Assembly: GCF_000195855.1 (NCBI RefSeq)
Contig: NC_002677.1
Coordinates: 2,070,001-2,102,000, forward strand
Origin: Mycobacterium leprae TN
GTDB lineage: Bacteria; Actinomycetota; Actinomycetes; Mycobacteriales; Mycobacteriaceae
DNA length: 32,000 nucleotides
Direction: 5' to 3'
The notes under the pieces are model-generated. The model saw nothing but the letters and a program-made list of their open reading frames with translations. It made no database searches and was not told where the DNA came from. Below, one piece after another: positions 1 to 9,774 of this stretch (the stretch's first letter is position 1; each line of letters begins with the position of its first letter). Both the position numbers and the translations under genes were made by a program.

Positions 1-1235
1 ACTAGTCCGGTCGTTCTTGCGTTCGTACCCTACCTGTACCGGTTCTCAGTACTACTCAGTCGACTACACGCTGGGCTTTATACGACGCGTACTCGCCGGC
101 GAAACGCTGCATTTGTTTCCCGCCAAACACTACTGCACCGGCCTGTATATCTTTTATTGGCTTTCATCAACATTTTCATCGGAGGCTTGGTAGCGGCGGC
201 AGTCAGGTTCAGCCATTCCAAACGCCGACTACTGCTGGCGCTGTTCATCACTGCGCTGCCATTTGGCTTCGCATTCACAGTGTTTTTCGCGCATCCTGAT
301 CTTCTCACCGGGACAGCGCTAACCAGGTTCGCCGTGATACTTGCCTCCGCGAAGATCGACCGGTCAATCTTGTTCTCCAGTGCGACCCCTACCGTCACCG
401 TCGCCGGTTCTAACATTAGCGCACAAAGCGATTCCTTTATTGTGTTCACTAGGTACCTTGCTGTCTATTGTGGCTCTCGCGGTGCACAGTTCGATCAACA
501 TCCAGCGTCCTTAGCGCGCTGCCTACAGTAGCTCCCGGGCCGGCTATAACGGTAACCACAGCATTGCTCAGGAACCGTGGAATTTCGCCCAATTGTGTGC
601 GCTAGTACCGCGCATGGTACCGTTGACTAATCGGCTGCGGGCAAGCTCTCCACGGGCCAAATTCCTAGTAGCCAACACTTTAAATACATTGTTCTCACGA
701 CTGGGTGTGCTGAAAACAGCATCATAAATTTCGACCAGACGTTCAGCGACGCCACCAGAGTCGGCGCCGGGGTGCTCGCTTCGACCGCGTTCGGGATCAC
801 CCTCTTGACAGGACTGTCTTGACCATCAACAACGCGGCCGGCATTCCTTTCCGGCGTTTCTGCAATCTGCCATGCCAGCGGCTCTGGTTGGGTGACGTTC
901 GCAGCGATGCTCATGCTGACGGTTTTTGCAACCTCAGTCGACTGAGTCCGGCAATAGGTCACCATCTCGTTCGACGCTGGGTACGTGTACTTGCTCTACG
1001 CGAGTAATCAGCCCGAAGCCACTCAAGAGCCGACCCGACGCACCTGCATCGTGTTCGCACTCAGGGTTATTTTGTTGGCCCTGTTCCCAGTCGGGGCCAT
1101 CCCAGGACTCGGGGTCCCACTACCGGTGTGATCATTAAGACGAAGCCGGCGTACAGATAGCGGCTTCGGGTTCAATTTCATCGAATTCTGCTAAGATTTA
1201 AAAGTTTTAACAAAAAATAGCCTGATCAAGAAAGA

Positions 1236-1688
1236 TTGGAATTATTGCCAATGAAGCCGCAGCACCGGGGTCATTATTTTCCCTATCGCTACGGCCAGAT
1301 GCTCGCACCAATGTGGTTACCATTTTGGCGACCCAGCAACCAGAGCGTGACACTAACCGACAACGGTCAATTCGTCGTCCGCTACGGACCATTTCGTGTC
1401 GAGACCCCACCATCCGGTATTCGCGACGTCCATGTCACCGCCCCCTACCGTATAGTAGACCAACCGTGGGCCCCGATTGTCGTTCATCGATGACGGACTG
1501 ACCTCCGGTACCAACGCACACGCCGGTGTTTGCATACACTTTAAGCCAGGATCCACCGCGTCCTGGAGCTGCACAACCACTCGACGTTGACGGTGATCGT
1601 CGCGGACACCGAAGGCCTGGTCAACGAGCTCAAGGGAGTTACGCAAAGCAGGCGCCGGGTCAAGGCTGATCGCTACGACACCTGCTAA
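1236..1688 (+). pseudogene. Frameshifted remnant of a small conserved actinobacterial hypothetical protein
   Basis: ORF 1236..1493 (MLAPMWLPF...VTLTDNGQFVVRYGPFRVETPPSGIRDVHVT) ends at 1493. Protein-like sequence continues in the other two + frames (DDGLT.GTNAHAGVCIHFKPG, then HSTLTVIVADTEGLVNELKG, ending at TAA 1686..1688). No single frame is open across the region. Confidence 0.3.
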
Positions 1689-1737
1689 ACGACCTCACTA
1701 GTCGAGCACATCGACACTAAGCGGTATACCGCACAAC

Positions 1738-2285
1738 TTATGCACCTCCTCGGCGGATATCTGCGATTTGCACCTCGTCGTGCCCGGGTTCGTCCTGGAG
1801 TAGTTTGCCGAGTACCAGCAGCACTCTTGCGGCGACCGCCATCGCCAGTCTCGGATCTATCACCTGCAACTTCCCGGCCACGGCCGCAATGTCGCGCTTG
1901 GCTCCAGGCACCAGCCCTCGGTCGGCGGTAATCAGGCGCAAACCTTGATTGAGAACGATTCGACTGTCCGGCCTATGAAACATCCGTCCAGTTAAGAGAA
2001 AACTAAACGCGTATATTTCCTCCCCATACCCGATTAATGCCGTTAGTGCGTCGAACAAAAACCCGTACGCGTAGAGGACTTCGTTAATAGCTGCTTCGAA
2101 GAATTCCTCTTTGCTCCCAAAATGGTTGTAGAACGAGCCGACACCGGTGGCTTGGCTGATGCCTGTATTGGCGCATTAAGCGTATCGTCGGCAACGAAAA
2201 TGAAGGCTTGCGTAGCGGTGATCAGCGCCGCACGGGTGCGCTGCTTGTGCCTTTAGAAGCGGTGGGCAGCTTGTCGACCACAGGC
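1738..2285 (-). pseudogene. TetR-family transcriptional regulator, frameshifted
   Basis: ORF 1738..2058 reads like a TetR C-terminal ligand domain. Upstream, one minus frame gives RTRAALITATQAF and a different frame gives TGVGSFYNHFGSKEEFFEAAINEV, the classic TetR HTH end. The frames do not join. Confidence 0.5.
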
Positions 2286-2509
2286 ACCTCCTTTGTCTTC
2301 GTCTTTAGCAAGCCTCTTCGGGCAATTACCTACCTCATTTATGAGGATTTTTCACAAATCTTTGACTGACAAATTATTCTGAAGTGAAGATGTCTTCAGC
2401 TACAATAGCTTAAAGAACCACTATGATGCACGGTGTTGGCGCGCACAACGGTTTACACAGCAATTGCGACGCCCACAGGGTTGAACCACTCTAGGCGCTC
2501 AACCTAACC

Positions 2510-3120
2510 CGTGATAGAAGTGCACGACACCGCACGGCTCAATTTCGGAAAGCCGGATCTGGAACGGGCCGAAAAATTCGCCAAGGCATTCGGATTCACC
2601 ACTGCCGCATAGCACTCCCGACAGCATATGTTTGCACGGCGCCGATGCCGGCTCACCGGAGCAACCGAACACCAGACACGCAGCCTGACCCAACACCTGG
2701 GCAGCCTGGCCATCGACCTGACCGATTCAAACGGGCTCACGGTCCGGCGTGGTAGCGTGCACACACTAACTCGAGTCCTTACCGATTCAGACTCCACATA
2801 CCTTCAATTTGGGCATCAATTTAAGTAGGTCAACGCGACCCGACCCAGCACCAATCGTAGCGACCCCCGACCGTGCAACAGCTGGGACACACATGGCGCT
2901 GCAAATCACTGAATACCTGGGCACGCTCAACTGGTACCTCCCCACTATTGGAATGATCGTCAGCGATTTTCTGTTTTCCCTGAACAGCGCGACCGGGAGC
3001 CCACCATGAACTTCATCCTCTGCGAGCACGACGTGACACCGACTGGCCACCATACGCTGACCCTGTCGTTGGGATCAGCGATCCACTACCCGTACTTAGT
3101 ACTCAGGTGTACGATCTAGA
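2510..3120 (+). pseudogene. Extradiol ring-cleavage dioxygenase (VOC/glyoxalase-fold)-like, multiple stops and frameshifts
   Basis: Pieces are spread over three + frames: VIEVHDTARLNFGKPDLERAEKFAKAFGF (then stop), GTHMALQITEYLGTLNWYLPTIGMIVSDF, and NFILCEHDVTPTGHHTLTLSLGS. The pattern resembles two-domain type I extradiol dioxygenases. It lies divergent from the TetR remnant. Confidence 0.45.
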
Positions 3121-3261
3121 TATTTTGACGGCCTGAGAAGAACACCTCGGCGCCAGCACCAAACACCTACCACACGAAGCACTGTCAGTCGTCAGTGCGC
3201 TGCGCGCCGACAATGAATTCGATTCCTAACTGCTTATGGTCCTGATGAAAGCAGTTAAGTC

Positions 3262-4185
3262 ATGACCATTTCGATCCTGGGCACCGCTGACGCCTGGTGG
3301 GTGCAAGTCACCCAGTGGCGCTGTCAAAGTCGCTACCGATGCGGCAAGCATCGGTGAATTGCTGACCGACCGTGCAGCCATCAACACCGCAGCCGACGAC
3401 AGTGACACTGTGCCTGTTGAGAACCTTCAGCTTGTCTAGCCAATGCCCCCGTGCCGAGTTGTGGCTAAAAATGACCAACGTCGCACCACACATCAAAGAC
3501 TCCGGCATAGCACCGAAGACAATCCCTTTGACGTTCCTCAGCAGGGCTTCGGGTTTGATCAGCAGGCCATTCGCCGACGTCATCAAACCCGATCACATCC
3601 GGTTTCGGGACTAGGAGGTCGAAATCGTTTTAATTACCTGCCGCGAGCTGCGCTTCGGTGCCACCGTCACCGCAGCCAACTTGTGCGACTGCGTTACCGA
3701 TCTGACAGTCACCAACGATATGTCTGCTTGCGACATCCAATTTCCCAAACACCATCTCTACGAAGACAAATCGTACCCGACGTTTACTTCCGTTGGCCCA
3801 GCGCTGGTGCTGCTATATGGCTACGAGTTTAAGCATTGCAGCGACCTGCGGCTGCGGTTAGAAGTCAACGGCCAAATACGTCCAGACATAATGGTGAATG
3901 CAGGCATGACTTATTCACCGCTGCAAGGAGCTCACTCGGTTTCAGCACCTCCAACCCGGAGATTTGGTGTTGACCGGCACGCCGATGAGCACTGTGCTCC
4001 ACCAAAACCGGTGCAAATCATGAATTCTCTACTGCTGCCCGCGGTCAAGTGGAAGGCCTTCTTCAAGGGGGAAGGGTAACAAGGCCAAATACCTGCATGA
4101 CGGAGATATCGTTGAGATCACCAAAGCCGCCGATCAGACCGCGATAGACCTAGACACTCAAAGTTCGGTAATGCGGTACAAGTGA
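3262..4185 (+). pseudogene. Fumarylacetoacetate hydrolase (FAH)-family hydrolase/isomerase, multiple frameshifts
   Basis: ATG at 3262 gives MTISILGTADAWWVQV. Later fragments in different frames are PPCRVVAKNDQRRTTH, LEVNGQIRPDIMVNAGMTYSP, HLQPGDLVLTGTPMSTV (the FAH GD..TGTP motif) and KYLHDGDIVEI, ending at TGA 4183..4185. Confidence 0.55.
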
Positions 4186-4923
4186 ACTGGTTACCCAGGC
4201 CCGCAACCGTCGTCAGCGCCGGCACCATAGATCTCACCACGGCAGCCCTACTAGTCTAGTACAGCATATCGTGTCTCCGCCTCGAACGTTGGGAAACTGC
4301 GTACCCACGATCCGAAACGGTACACCTTAACGACGAGACAAAGTGGATAGTCAAACACCTCGGCATCGGCGATGAACTCGCACGATAACGCGGCAAGCGC
4401 TGAGTCTTCGACTTGTCGACAAGGACTTGCGAACCCTGGCCCAGTTTCACCGCGATCCGGCTCACAGCACGGCTTCCCGCAAGCCAACGTGTTCGATCAA
4501 CCCGAACTTGAACAAGTGTTTCAGTCAAACCATTAAAAAACAGCTATTTTTGCTTTCAAAGCAATGCTGAGATCACCAACATTAACCAGCTTAACCAGCG
4601 TGAATCTGACGGTACTCAAAGTGAGTTTCATCGATCAGATGAACGGCGGCGAGCACGTCGTGGACGCCATTTACGTTGTGGGTTGCAACAGCGCGCGGTT
4701 CCTGGTCTCCCAGACAACTGACTACCCCGTCAGCATCAAAACAGTTCCTTCAGCTCTGCTTGACCCTCACTTATCCGCGGGGCTTATGGGAGTGACTAGC
4801 TTCTTCCGCAATCTATTACACGGCGTATGCCGTGCTGCGAATCCTCCTCTGGCCATTTCGCGCCTAGATGAAAAGAAACCGGCCCGACAACTACGCTGCC
4901 AGGTAACGGAAGTAGCAACCGAC

Positions 4924-5661
4924 TTAGTGTGCCGCCTTCTTACGTTCGATGTCGGCCAATGCAGCAGCCAGCTCGGCGCGCTGCGCGGCCGATTGCTCCC
5001 AAGACAGCTTTCGATTATTGACCACCTTGGCCGGTGCACCGACCGCGACCGAATAGTCAGGGATTACCCCACGAACCACCGCATGTGCTCCCAGCACGCA
5101 ACCCCTCCCGACTGAGGTGCCACGCAATACCGTCACCTTTGCAGCCATCCAGGTGTCCGGACCAATGCGGACCGGGGACTTGACGATCCCCTGATCCTTG
5201 ATCGGGATGTTGATGTCATCCATCCGGTGGTCAAAGTCGCAGACGTAACACCAGTCAGCCATCAACGCCGACGACCCAAGCTCGATGTCGAGATAACAGT
5301 TGATAACGTTATCCCGGCCTAATACTACTTTGTCGCCGAATCGCAACGAGCCCTCGTGCGCGCGGATCGTGTTCTTGTCACCGATGTGCACCCAGCGTCC
5401 GATCTCGAGCTGCGCGAGTTCGGGCGTCGCGTGAATCTCCACACCCTTACCCAAAAACACCATACCGCGGGTGATGATGTGCGGGTTAGCCAACTTAAAC
5501 TTCAGTAGCCGCCAATAACGCACCAGATACCAGGGGGTGTAGGCGCGGTTGGCCAGCACCCACTTCAGCGAGGCTAAAGTGAGGAACTTAGCCTGGAGCG
5601 GATCTCGCAACCGTGACCCACACCAGCGGCGATGAAGCGGTGCACCCCACATCGTCGTCAT
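4924..5661 (-). CDS. Hexapeptide-repeat (LbH) acyl/acetyltransferase, Rv3034c-like
   Basis: Intact 245-aa ORF. It has left-handed beta-helix style repeats (IGDKNTIRAHEGSLRFGDKVVLGRDNVI ... IGPDTWMAAKVTVLRGTSVGRGCVLGAHAVV). Its position is syntenic with the mycobacterial locus. Confidence 0.8.
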   Translation of the reverse strand: MTTMWGAPLHRRWCGSRLRDPLQAKFLTLASLKWVLANRAYTPWYLVRYWRLLKFKLANPHIITRGMVFLGKGVEIHATPELAQLEIGRWVHIGDKNTIRAHEGSLRFGDKVVLGRDNVINCYLDIELGSSALMADWCYVCDFDHRMDDINIPIKDQGIVKSPVRIGPDTWMAAKVTVLRGTSVGRGCVLGAHAVVRGVIPDYSVAVGAPAKVVNNRKLSWEQSAAQRAELAAALADIERKKAAH

Positions 5662-5836
5662 GGCGGGACAGCTTAGTCTGGCGACAATGCCCGCCGAAAC
5701 GGCGGGCTGTGCCTAACCTTACTAGACAGAGAACGGCAGAGCCAATAACGCGGGCTTGAGCCGCGACAGGGTACCCTCACCTGTACTCGATTGCTGCATT
5801 GGTTGAACGGCCGGGTCCGTCCGGACGGCACCCACG

Positions 5837-7195
5837 TTGAATGAAGGGTTTGAAACCCTGCGAAAGGATACGGTGCGTGCCCAACATCTCTTCCTGAGAC
5901 TTCGGCGTTGGTCGTCAGCGGCACTGGCGGCTGTACTCACGGTTGGGCTCGACAGTTGCGGCAACACCGACTCCTGGGTTGACGCGTCGGCCGCTCAAGG
6001 CTGGCCGGCGCAATACGGCGACGCATCCAACAGCAGCTACACCGCAACCAGCGGCTCCACCAAGTTGGCGCTACAGTGGACACGGTCGGTTAAAGGAAGT
6101 TTGGCGGCCGGTCCGGCACTTAGCGCGCGCGGATATCTCGCGATGAACGCGCAGACCCAGGCCGGGTGTTCGCTGATGGAGTGGGAAAACAACGACAACG
6201 GCCGGCAACGTTGGTGTGTTCGGCTGGTCCAAGGTGGCGGCTTCGGCGGTCCGTTGTTCGACGGCTTCGAGAATCTGTATGTCGGCGAACCTGGGACGAT
6301 CTTCTCGTTCCCAATGACGCAATGGACACGCTGGCGACAGCCGGTGATCGGGATGCCGTCCACCCCCCGCTTTCTTGGCAATGGCCAACTGCTCGTCACC
6401 ACGCACCTGGGGCAGGTATTGGTTTTCGACGCGCATCGCGGCATGGTTGTCGGTAGTCCACTGGACCTGGTGGACGGCGTTAACCCGACCGACCCGACGC
6501 GTGGGTTGGCCGATTGCGTATCAGCCCAACGGGGCTGCCCTGTTGCGTCAGCCCCTGCCTATTCGCCAGCCAGCCAGACGGTGGTGCTCGACATCTGGCA
6601 GCCAGGCGCACCAACCGCGGGGCTAATCGGGCTGAAGTACCACTCAAGGCAGACGCCACTTCTTGCCCGTGCGTGGACTAGCGACGCCATAGGCGCCGGT
6701 GTACTTGCCAGCCCGGTCTTATCCGCCGACGGATCAACCGTCTACGTCAATGGCCGCGACCAGCACCTGTGGGCACTGCACGCCGCCAACGGGAAACCGA
6801 AATGGTCGGTGCCACTGGAATTTCTGGCACAGACGCCGCCCACAGTCACCCCGCAGGGATTGATCGTGTCCGGCGGGGGCCCCGACACCCGCCTGGCCGC
6901 GTTCAAGGACGCCGGTGACCACGCCCAACAGATCTGGCGACGCGACGACCTCACCCCATTGTCGACGTCGAGCCTAGCTGGCGTCAGCGTCGGCTACACG
7001 GTGGTCAGCAGTTCGCCCGCAGCAGACGCACCTGGCATGTCGTTGCTGGCCTTCGATCCACGCAATGGCCACACCCTCAACAGCTATCCGCTACCGGCAG
7101 CCACCGGATATCCCGTCGGGGTATCTATCGCCAACAACCGCCGGGTGATAACCGTCACCAGCGATGGCCAACTCTACAGCTTCGCGCCCACCTAG
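5837..7195 (+). CDS. Secreted/lipoprotein PQQ-like beta-propeller repeat protein, Rv3035-like
   Basis: Intact 452-aa ORF from a TTG start. The true start may be later, for example GTG near 5873. It has a signal-like segment (RRWSSAALAAVLTVGLDSCG) and repeated propeller-type motifs (TVYVNGRDQHLWALHAANGKPKWS; VTSDGQLYSF). It is divergent from the transferase gene. Confidence 0.7.
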   Translation: MNEGFETLRKDTVRAQHLFLRLRRWSSAALAAVLTVGLDSCGNTDSWVDASAAQGWPAQYGDASNSSYTATSGSTKLALQWTRSVKGSLAAGPALSARGYLAMNAQTQAGCSLMEWENNDNGRQRWCVRLVQGGGFGGPLFDGFENLYVGEPGTIFSFPMTQWTRWRQPVIGMPSTPRFLGNGQLLVTTHLGQVLVFDAHRGMVVGSPLDLVDGVNPTDPTRGLADCVSAQRGCPVASAPAYSPASQTVVLDIWQPGAPTAGLIGLKYHSRQTPLLARAWTSDAIGAGVLASPVLSADGSTVYVNGRDQHLWALHAANGKPKWSVPLEFLAQTPPTVTPQGLIVSGGGPDTRLAAFKDAGDHAQQIWRRDDLTPLSTSSLAGVSVGYTVVSSSPAADAPGMSLLAFDPRNGHTLNSYPLPAATGYPVGVSIANNRRVITVTSDGQLYSFAPT

Positions 7196-7897
7196 TCAGA
7201 TCGTTAGCGGTGGGATAGCGCTGCGAGGTACCCGGACTTGAACGGCGGAAGCAAAGTCCGGCAACATCTCACCCTGGGTGAAGTAGAAGATCAGCTGGTT
7301 ATCAATTATAGTGAAAGTTCTGGTAACGAGACGAGTCAAGGCTGATAGAAGGTTATCATTGCACCCATCGCGTACTGCCGTTCCAGTTCGCGTTGAACGA
7401 CCGGGAAGATGCTGTCCAGCGGCATCGTGCCAGGTGCAAACAGCGTGTCCAAATTGATGAGCTGGCAGGTCCCGAGGTTGTAGGAGGTTGTAGTTAAACA
7501 CCTTGTACCACTTGTACCAGGTGGACGGATGTGCACCACCGAGGTCACGGAAGAACTTGAGCACAACACTGCAGGTAGTGCGTGACGGTTGACCGGGGCT
7601 GTGCTGTTCGGTCGTCACGTCCATTTGGTAGGGGGTGCTCGCAGACACCAGAAACCTGAGCTATGTTGACGAATCCATCGCGGTTTTGGGTGATGTAGTC
7701 GGTCAACGCCTATTGGTCGGAATAGTCGACGGGAAAGGTCAAGTTGAGAGTGTACTATAGGGCCTGCGACATATACTATGGCATATCTGGGCCATCTGGA
7801 CACCGCCTAAGCTCTCGCACGACGCCGGCGCTGCGGCCGCCGGCCAGGCCAACAGAACTGCAGGTGCTAGTACCGCGGGCGCCATCAGATGGCGCAT
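7196..7897 (-). pseudogene. TB22.2 (Rv3036c)-like secreted protein, multiple frameshifts and stops
   Basis: The minus strand from ATG (7895..7897) gives a signal peptide, MRHLMAPAVLAPAVLLAWPAAAAPASCESLGG, then hits a stop. Family-like blocks follow in three frames: GGAHPSTWYKWYKVFNY; DTLFAPGTMPLDSIFPVVQRELERQ; IIDNQLIFYFTQGEMLPDFA...VPRSAIPP. Confidence 0.6.
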
Positions 7898-8640
7898 CGT
7901 AGATAGAATTGCGCGCAGACCACATGTGAAGGCGGGGCACCTCGCAAAATGACCACCGTCAGCGTATCCGGGTATTTACCACGACGGGCAGCAAGCAAAC
8001 TCCACCGAATGACTGGTGGGCCCCGAACCGATGCGGGCGATGACCACGGACAGGAGCCGGTTGCCGCGTAGCCGGATACCACGGCACAGCGTATCAAGGT
8101 CGACCTTGATACTGCGAACCAAGATCTCTAAAGCACCACAATCCAGTGCCGGCAGTGCCTGCCGCAGCCAGCGCTCATCGAACCGCAGCTGTTCAAGCAC
8201 TTCGAAACCCCGAACTGTGGGCGGAAAACGATCCCCGAACAGATAGGCAATATTAGGGGTCGAGTTGCCACACTCCGTAGTGACGTACCAGCTCGGCCCG
8301 CACCACGGCACCTTCGGGATCTAAGATCCATAGCCCGAAAGGCTACACTGGACAGTTGTCGGGCTTCGCGTCAGTGATCTATTCAGCGCTATCGAGCATG
8401 CTGGCTCGGCGGCGCACACCCGGATCAACCAGTTCTGCCGACCACAGAAACGCCACCCGGACCGAACCGCGGTGTAGACGTCACCTCATAAATTTCCACA
8501 TCGAAACCCAGCCCGCGTCTCTGGCCGAAATCGATTCCGGTAAAACCCTTTATGACGAAGCCCCGGTCTTTGTGCGAGTCAGCATCGGACGGGGCATTGT
8601 TGGGGTGATTGAGGCCTTGGGTGGTGGTGTTGTGGTGGGC
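7885..8640 (-). pseudogene. SAM-dependent methyltransferase with THUMP-like C-terminus (Rv3037c-like), C-terminal two-thirds, frameshifted
   Basis: Minus-strand fragments: VIKGFTGIDFGQRRGLGFDVEIYEVTS (SAM-binding region), AELVDPG, and PNIAYLFGDRFPPTVRGFEVLEQLRFDERWLRQALPALDCGALEILVRSIKVDLDTLCRGIRLRGNRLLSVVIARIGSG (C-terminal domain). They lie in different frames. Confidence 0.55.
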
Positions 8641-8644
8641 TGGT

Positions 8645-9500
8645 GGGGTGTGGGTGGTTGATCTGCGCTAGAAGGTTGCCGTATGTGCCGCCGACGGCCG
8701 GATCATCGATGCACTGTTCACTAACACGATACTGCTGCACCCGGCGGCATGCCTGCTTGCTGGCTGAGGGCCGGTCAACAAGCCGCCGACACCGATACCA
8801 GCGGCAGAAATGGTGCAAGGGATAACATCAGGTGCGAATAGTTATACCGTGCACGGGGACGTGCCTGTTCAGGTGCGGCCACATTGACCACGCCGACACC
8901 TCAAGGCCATGACATGCACACTAAAACGCCCCTACCCCGCGGCGCTAACAACTATCCTCACACTCACGCCTGCATCGATATCGCCTTCAGCACAGCCCAG
9001 GTGCCCAGCCCCTGGCATCATCAACATGTAGACCAAGCAGCATCCACCACCGACATGCTTACGTGCGCCGCGCTAATCGTGTCCACTGCGGCAAAGCACA
9101 CGAAGCCTCATCGAAAGCAGGCAGTCAGCCACCCACCAACAAAAACCCCGCAACACAGCAAAACACGTCAACAGGATTCCGGGCTGCCCCCCACGACTAC
9201 CGAACATATCGGCCAGTCATAAAACGCAAAAACAGCCATTTCACCCACCACCTATGAAACCAACCGAACAACTCACCGCCACAGACACAAGACAGCAGAG
9301 CCCGGGAACCGTCGCAGCTATGTACAGGCCTTGACCTCGCGATGATTGCGGAACACGCTCCAGGTGAGTGCTGCGCCGATGAAGAGCACGCCCACCGTTC
9401 GGTGGGCGGAGCTGCGTAACGCAGCGCATTCTGTGCCGATAGAGCAGGCCGCACCGTGAACGACACGATCTAACAGCCATTTCGCCCGGTTCAGGGCCGC
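8645..9500. repeat. RLEP, the M. leprae-specific dispersed repetitive element (ends approximate)
   Basis: These sequences match RLEP primers as I recall them. caccgataccagcggcagaa is at 8790..8809 and cctcaaggccatgacatgca at 8899..8918, spanning 129 bp. The nested pair cagaaatggtgcaaggga (8805..8822) and gaccacgccgacacctca (8886..8903) spans 99 bp. The qPCR-type sites cgctagaaggttgccgtatg (from 8667) and ttcactaacacgatactgctgc, with gccgacggccggatcatcga between them, are also present. No transposase-like ORF is seen. The ends are inferred only from where the flanking pseudogene homology stops. Confidence 0.85.
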
Positions 9501-9512
9501 CGGGCGCGGCAG

Positions 9513-9762
9513 TCACCTATTGAAATGCCTCGTCGGTGAACAGCCAGCTGAGATATCGCCTAACCCGGCCAGCTTGTCGAGGACGCTGCCGCACAGTAGT
9601 GTTATCTCCACCAGGATAGGGGCACGGTCACCGAACCTAGCCCGTACCGCAGCGGCGGCGGCAATCCGGGTGGTGTCGGTCAGCTCGAATTCGTCGACGT
9701 CTCTAAGCACCGCGGCACCCAATTGCGACCAGGACGGTAGCTGACGTCATCGAGCTTGAAAG
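9513..9762 (-). pseudogene. Possible N-terminal remnant of the same Rv3037c-like methyltransferase
   Basis: The minus frame reads (stop)RQLPSWSQLGAAVLRDVDEFELTDTTRIAAAAAVRARFGDRAP. This resembles the N-terminal helical region of that family (..LR....AAA...ARaKFGdrA). A nearby ATG is out of frame. This is a weak, pattern-level call. Confidence 0.3.
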
Positions 9763-9774
9763 TCAGGACAACAC

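Noticed and set aside
4564-5115. 183-aa + strand ORF
   Set aside because: Its 3' third overlaps the well-supported hexapeptide transferase gene on the opposite strand. The remainder shows no recognisable family. It is left unassigned rather than called a gene.
6037-6444. Several 67-135-aa ORFs on both strands inside 5837..7195
   Set aside because: They are nested within or antisense to the beta-propeller protein gene, with R/P-rich shadow composition.
8884-9222. 112-aa T/P/H/Q-rich ORF, as a possible RLEP-encoded protein
   Set aside because: Its composition simply mirrors the C/A-rich strand bias. It has no start context or motif. RLEP is generally regarded as non-coding.
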